A stretch of DNA of 64,000 bases, taken from NCBI GenBank assembly GCA_051362555.1, contig CM120641.1, forward strand, positions 30,882,401 to 30,946,400. The letters run 5' to 3'. This stretch comes from Lingula anatina (Eukaryota > Animalia > Brachiopoda). The translations under genes were made by a program, and so were the position numbers. Every line of letters begins with the position of its first letter. Positions within the stretch are counted from its first letter, which is position 1. The notes under the pieces were generated by a model that worked only from the letters and a program-made list of their open reading frames with translations, did not search any database and was not told the DNA's origin. Below are positions 61,890 through 64,000 of the stretch, piece after piece.

Positions 61890-62515
61890 AATAACAATGT
61901 GAATCATGTTTTGTGAAGAAACATCTTTATAAATCTGAGTGAGTTAATAACGATAATTCAATTAGTTATTGAAAATAAGTATTATTACAGATGCATCTCT
62001 GAAGATCTACTTTACAGATGTCATATATAATCCAAGCTTTCAGTCCCTAGGCCTTCTTCAGAGACATGAAAAAAATGGTGAAGAAAAACTCCTGGGGTAT
62101 GTGGTGTCGATGATGTGTTAAAGGCACACGATGCTGCAAAAGCGTCCTAAACGCTAAACGTAACATATAAAAAATCTATATTCATTTAAGAAACTATTGT
62201 CCCTTCTGAGTCCATTATTCAAGGTGTCTAGTGTTCTAATACATTTCTGTACGACGATCCGTCTTTTAAGACGGTGACGGTGATGTCTTTAGCCGAGTGT
62301 TGAGTTGTCCCACAGGCACGAAGAGTTTTTTGTTGTTTATAGTGCAGCGGTGGTGTCTAATTCTGTCTTTTCATTTCTGCCTCGTTTCCCCGACGTACAT
62401 TTGATGGTACTGTTAACATCTTATCAAATAGATGACGCTCTGTGAGTCGCAAGATTTGCATCATATCTTTGACTACGACACTACGCTGGAAAGAAGTGAC
62501 TGTGGCCTTATGTCC

Positions 62516-62703
62516 CACACGGGACGAAGAGGAATGATGATGATGACTAAGATTCATCTGAGGAACTATGCTGCCGCTGCGGCGCCTGGGCTGCTTCTCT
62601 CTCTGCTTCTCACATGGGACGAAGAGGAATGATGATGATGATGACTAAGATTCATCTGAGGAACTCTGCTGCAGCTGCGGCGCCTGGGCTGCTTCTCTCT
62701 CTG
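62516..62703. repeat. ~95-bp tandem duplication with (GAT)n
   Basis: CACA(C/T)GGGACGAAGAGGAATGATGATG..GGCGCCTGGGCTGCTTCTCTCTCTG twice. Confidence 0.9.
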
Positions 62704-63231
62704 TAAAGAGAATAGAAAAAAATTTAAAGAACTCACACTTAATTCAATAAAACATACAAAAGTCACTGTTAATATCATATGTTATTTCACTGATATGCAA
62801 AATAAAAAAACGGCTAAGAAGACAACTGAAACCAAGCTTAAGGAATCTAGCATGATACTGATCCACGTTTCTCCAACTATTATTTTTCTATTTGCGATGT
62901 GAAATGTTCTAAACTTTATGAGGTCAGGGACGGACAGGTTAGTTTTGTACGCTCGATTTTGGACGCAACGAATCAGCAATCCATGTTTCTCTATCGTATT
63001 ATTGAACCGTTGGTTTCAGTTGTCTTCTAATGACTTATTTCCTAGTTCGCATCCAATCCACCCGCGCTTATTCGTAATGTTGCATACTGAAATGAAGTTG
63101 TTAATGTATACTTTGAAATGTAGACGAAATAATGTAATTATTTTCCAGTGGTTATTATTGAATTATCAATTTAACAGGATACTAATACTGGATACTGAGC
63201 AAAATATAACAAATGTCATTTTAAAACTTAC

Positions 63232-63762
63232 CATGCATTGCCTATGTGGTTTGTTTTCCAACAGTTCCTCTGCCCTCTCAAGAGCAACTTCACTGGAAAT
63301 AGGCAGATCAAATTCTTTAAGAAGGTGATCTTCACTTGTTTCTAGTGAAGCTGCTTCTTTCTCCAGAATCTTTTTTAGGTATAAGGTATTAGTCCTCACC
63401 ATTCCTTTCAGTACCTCAACTTCAGTGAGCAGTTTCTTCATGCTGAAACGGGAAAAAATTCAAATATAATGGAGGACGAAAAAGTGTAGTTAATAACATA
63501 GATGGAGAATTTCACACATTTCATTGCATATATTTTAAGAAGAATAATGTACTTAATTCCAGAAGAGAGTCGCAGGCAAGAAATAGTTGTTTACTCCTTC
63601 ATCCATTGATAGGGATGATATAAGTTAAACTACTGCATCTTACCATGGCAATGGCACATTCAGCACTTTAACTATATTCACACATACCTTTCAAGTGTAT
63701 TTTCTTGTGAGGATTGACTGCTCAACACAGGCGACAAATAGGTAGTAATGCATGATGGAAGA
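63232..63762 (-). CDS. Two exons of a DUF4806-like / coiled-coil protein, probably transposon-borne and partial
   Basis: Exons 63762-63688 and 63442-63232 have AG/GT boundaries and join in frame: LPSCITTYLSPVLSSQSSQENTLE-S-MKKLLTEVEVLKGMVRTNTLYLKKIL..FDLPISSEVALERAEELL..CM|gtaag. LPxxSxxxLxxxExxL resembles the DUF4806 start. Confidence 0.55.
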
Positions 63763-64000
63763 CTATAAGAAAAATATGAGATACATATTAAGTGTGGCTT
63801 TGTAATGTGCACAAAATGCCTTGTCATGAGCCTAAACCAACAAGAAACATTATTATATCATACCCTGTGGGTATTTGACTAAACATCTAGAAAAATTTCA
63901 ATTTAAACTTGGCTCCCCCCCCCCCCCTCCCTAAAAGAACCACCTCTGGATATTTTAGGTTACTGAGGTCCATTTTTGAAAAGAAAACCTGTAAAAATCT

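Larger units (their letters stand above)
57986..61894 (-). mobile_element. Helentron-type non-autonomous element (HINE) no. 2 with central tandem array
   Basis: CTAG at 57989-57992 and hairpin GAGGCG-ATAC-CGCCTC at 58002-58017. The 15-bp subTIR TATTGTACCACCAGC (58022-58036) pairs with GCTGGTGGTACAATA (61879-61893). Terminal palindrome TGTACCGCCAGCG-CTAA-CGCTGGTGGTACA, preceded by a (CGGCGGAGC)n microsatellite. Confidence 0.85.

Noticed and set aside
1-64000. tRNA, rRNA or snRNA genes
   Set aside because: I saw no cloverleaf with A/B boxes or conserved rRNA motif by eye. A covariance-model scan was not possible.

Overview
AT-rich eukaryotic DNA (invertebrate, probably mollusc-like; this is inferred from the Helentron/HINE-type repeats and spliceosomal introns). 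I find no intact host gene, RNA gene or CRISPR. The backbone from about 3.0 to 57.4 kb is a complex CA-rich satellite. It alternates 21-bp and 28-bp ACAGT-anchored subunits (about seven 49-bp dimers per ~350-bp super-unit), and one 28-mer looks like a 12-RSS. Many transposons have inserted into it, several with readable junctions: an Academ-type long-TIR shell carrying a decayed Tc1 transposase (11839-14313), an unclassified 4.9-kb TIR element (14723-19649), a 12.6-kb IS3EU-like element with a 6-bp TSD, two convergent spliced genes and nested MITEs (20716-33338), a spliced hAT (36719-40776), an unexplained 3.3-kb insert (41440-44760), and a structurally complete but dead DIRS1 retrotransposon (46411-54939) whose gag is split by a P-like element (50662-54550). 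Two Helentron-type HINEs follow (55282-56790 and 57986-61894), the second with a 146-bp array in a 4-mer higher-order repeat. The window ends in exons of a DUF4806-like gene. Most ORFs in the supplied track are satellite artefacts. Family assignments rest on motif recognition by eye, not on database searches.
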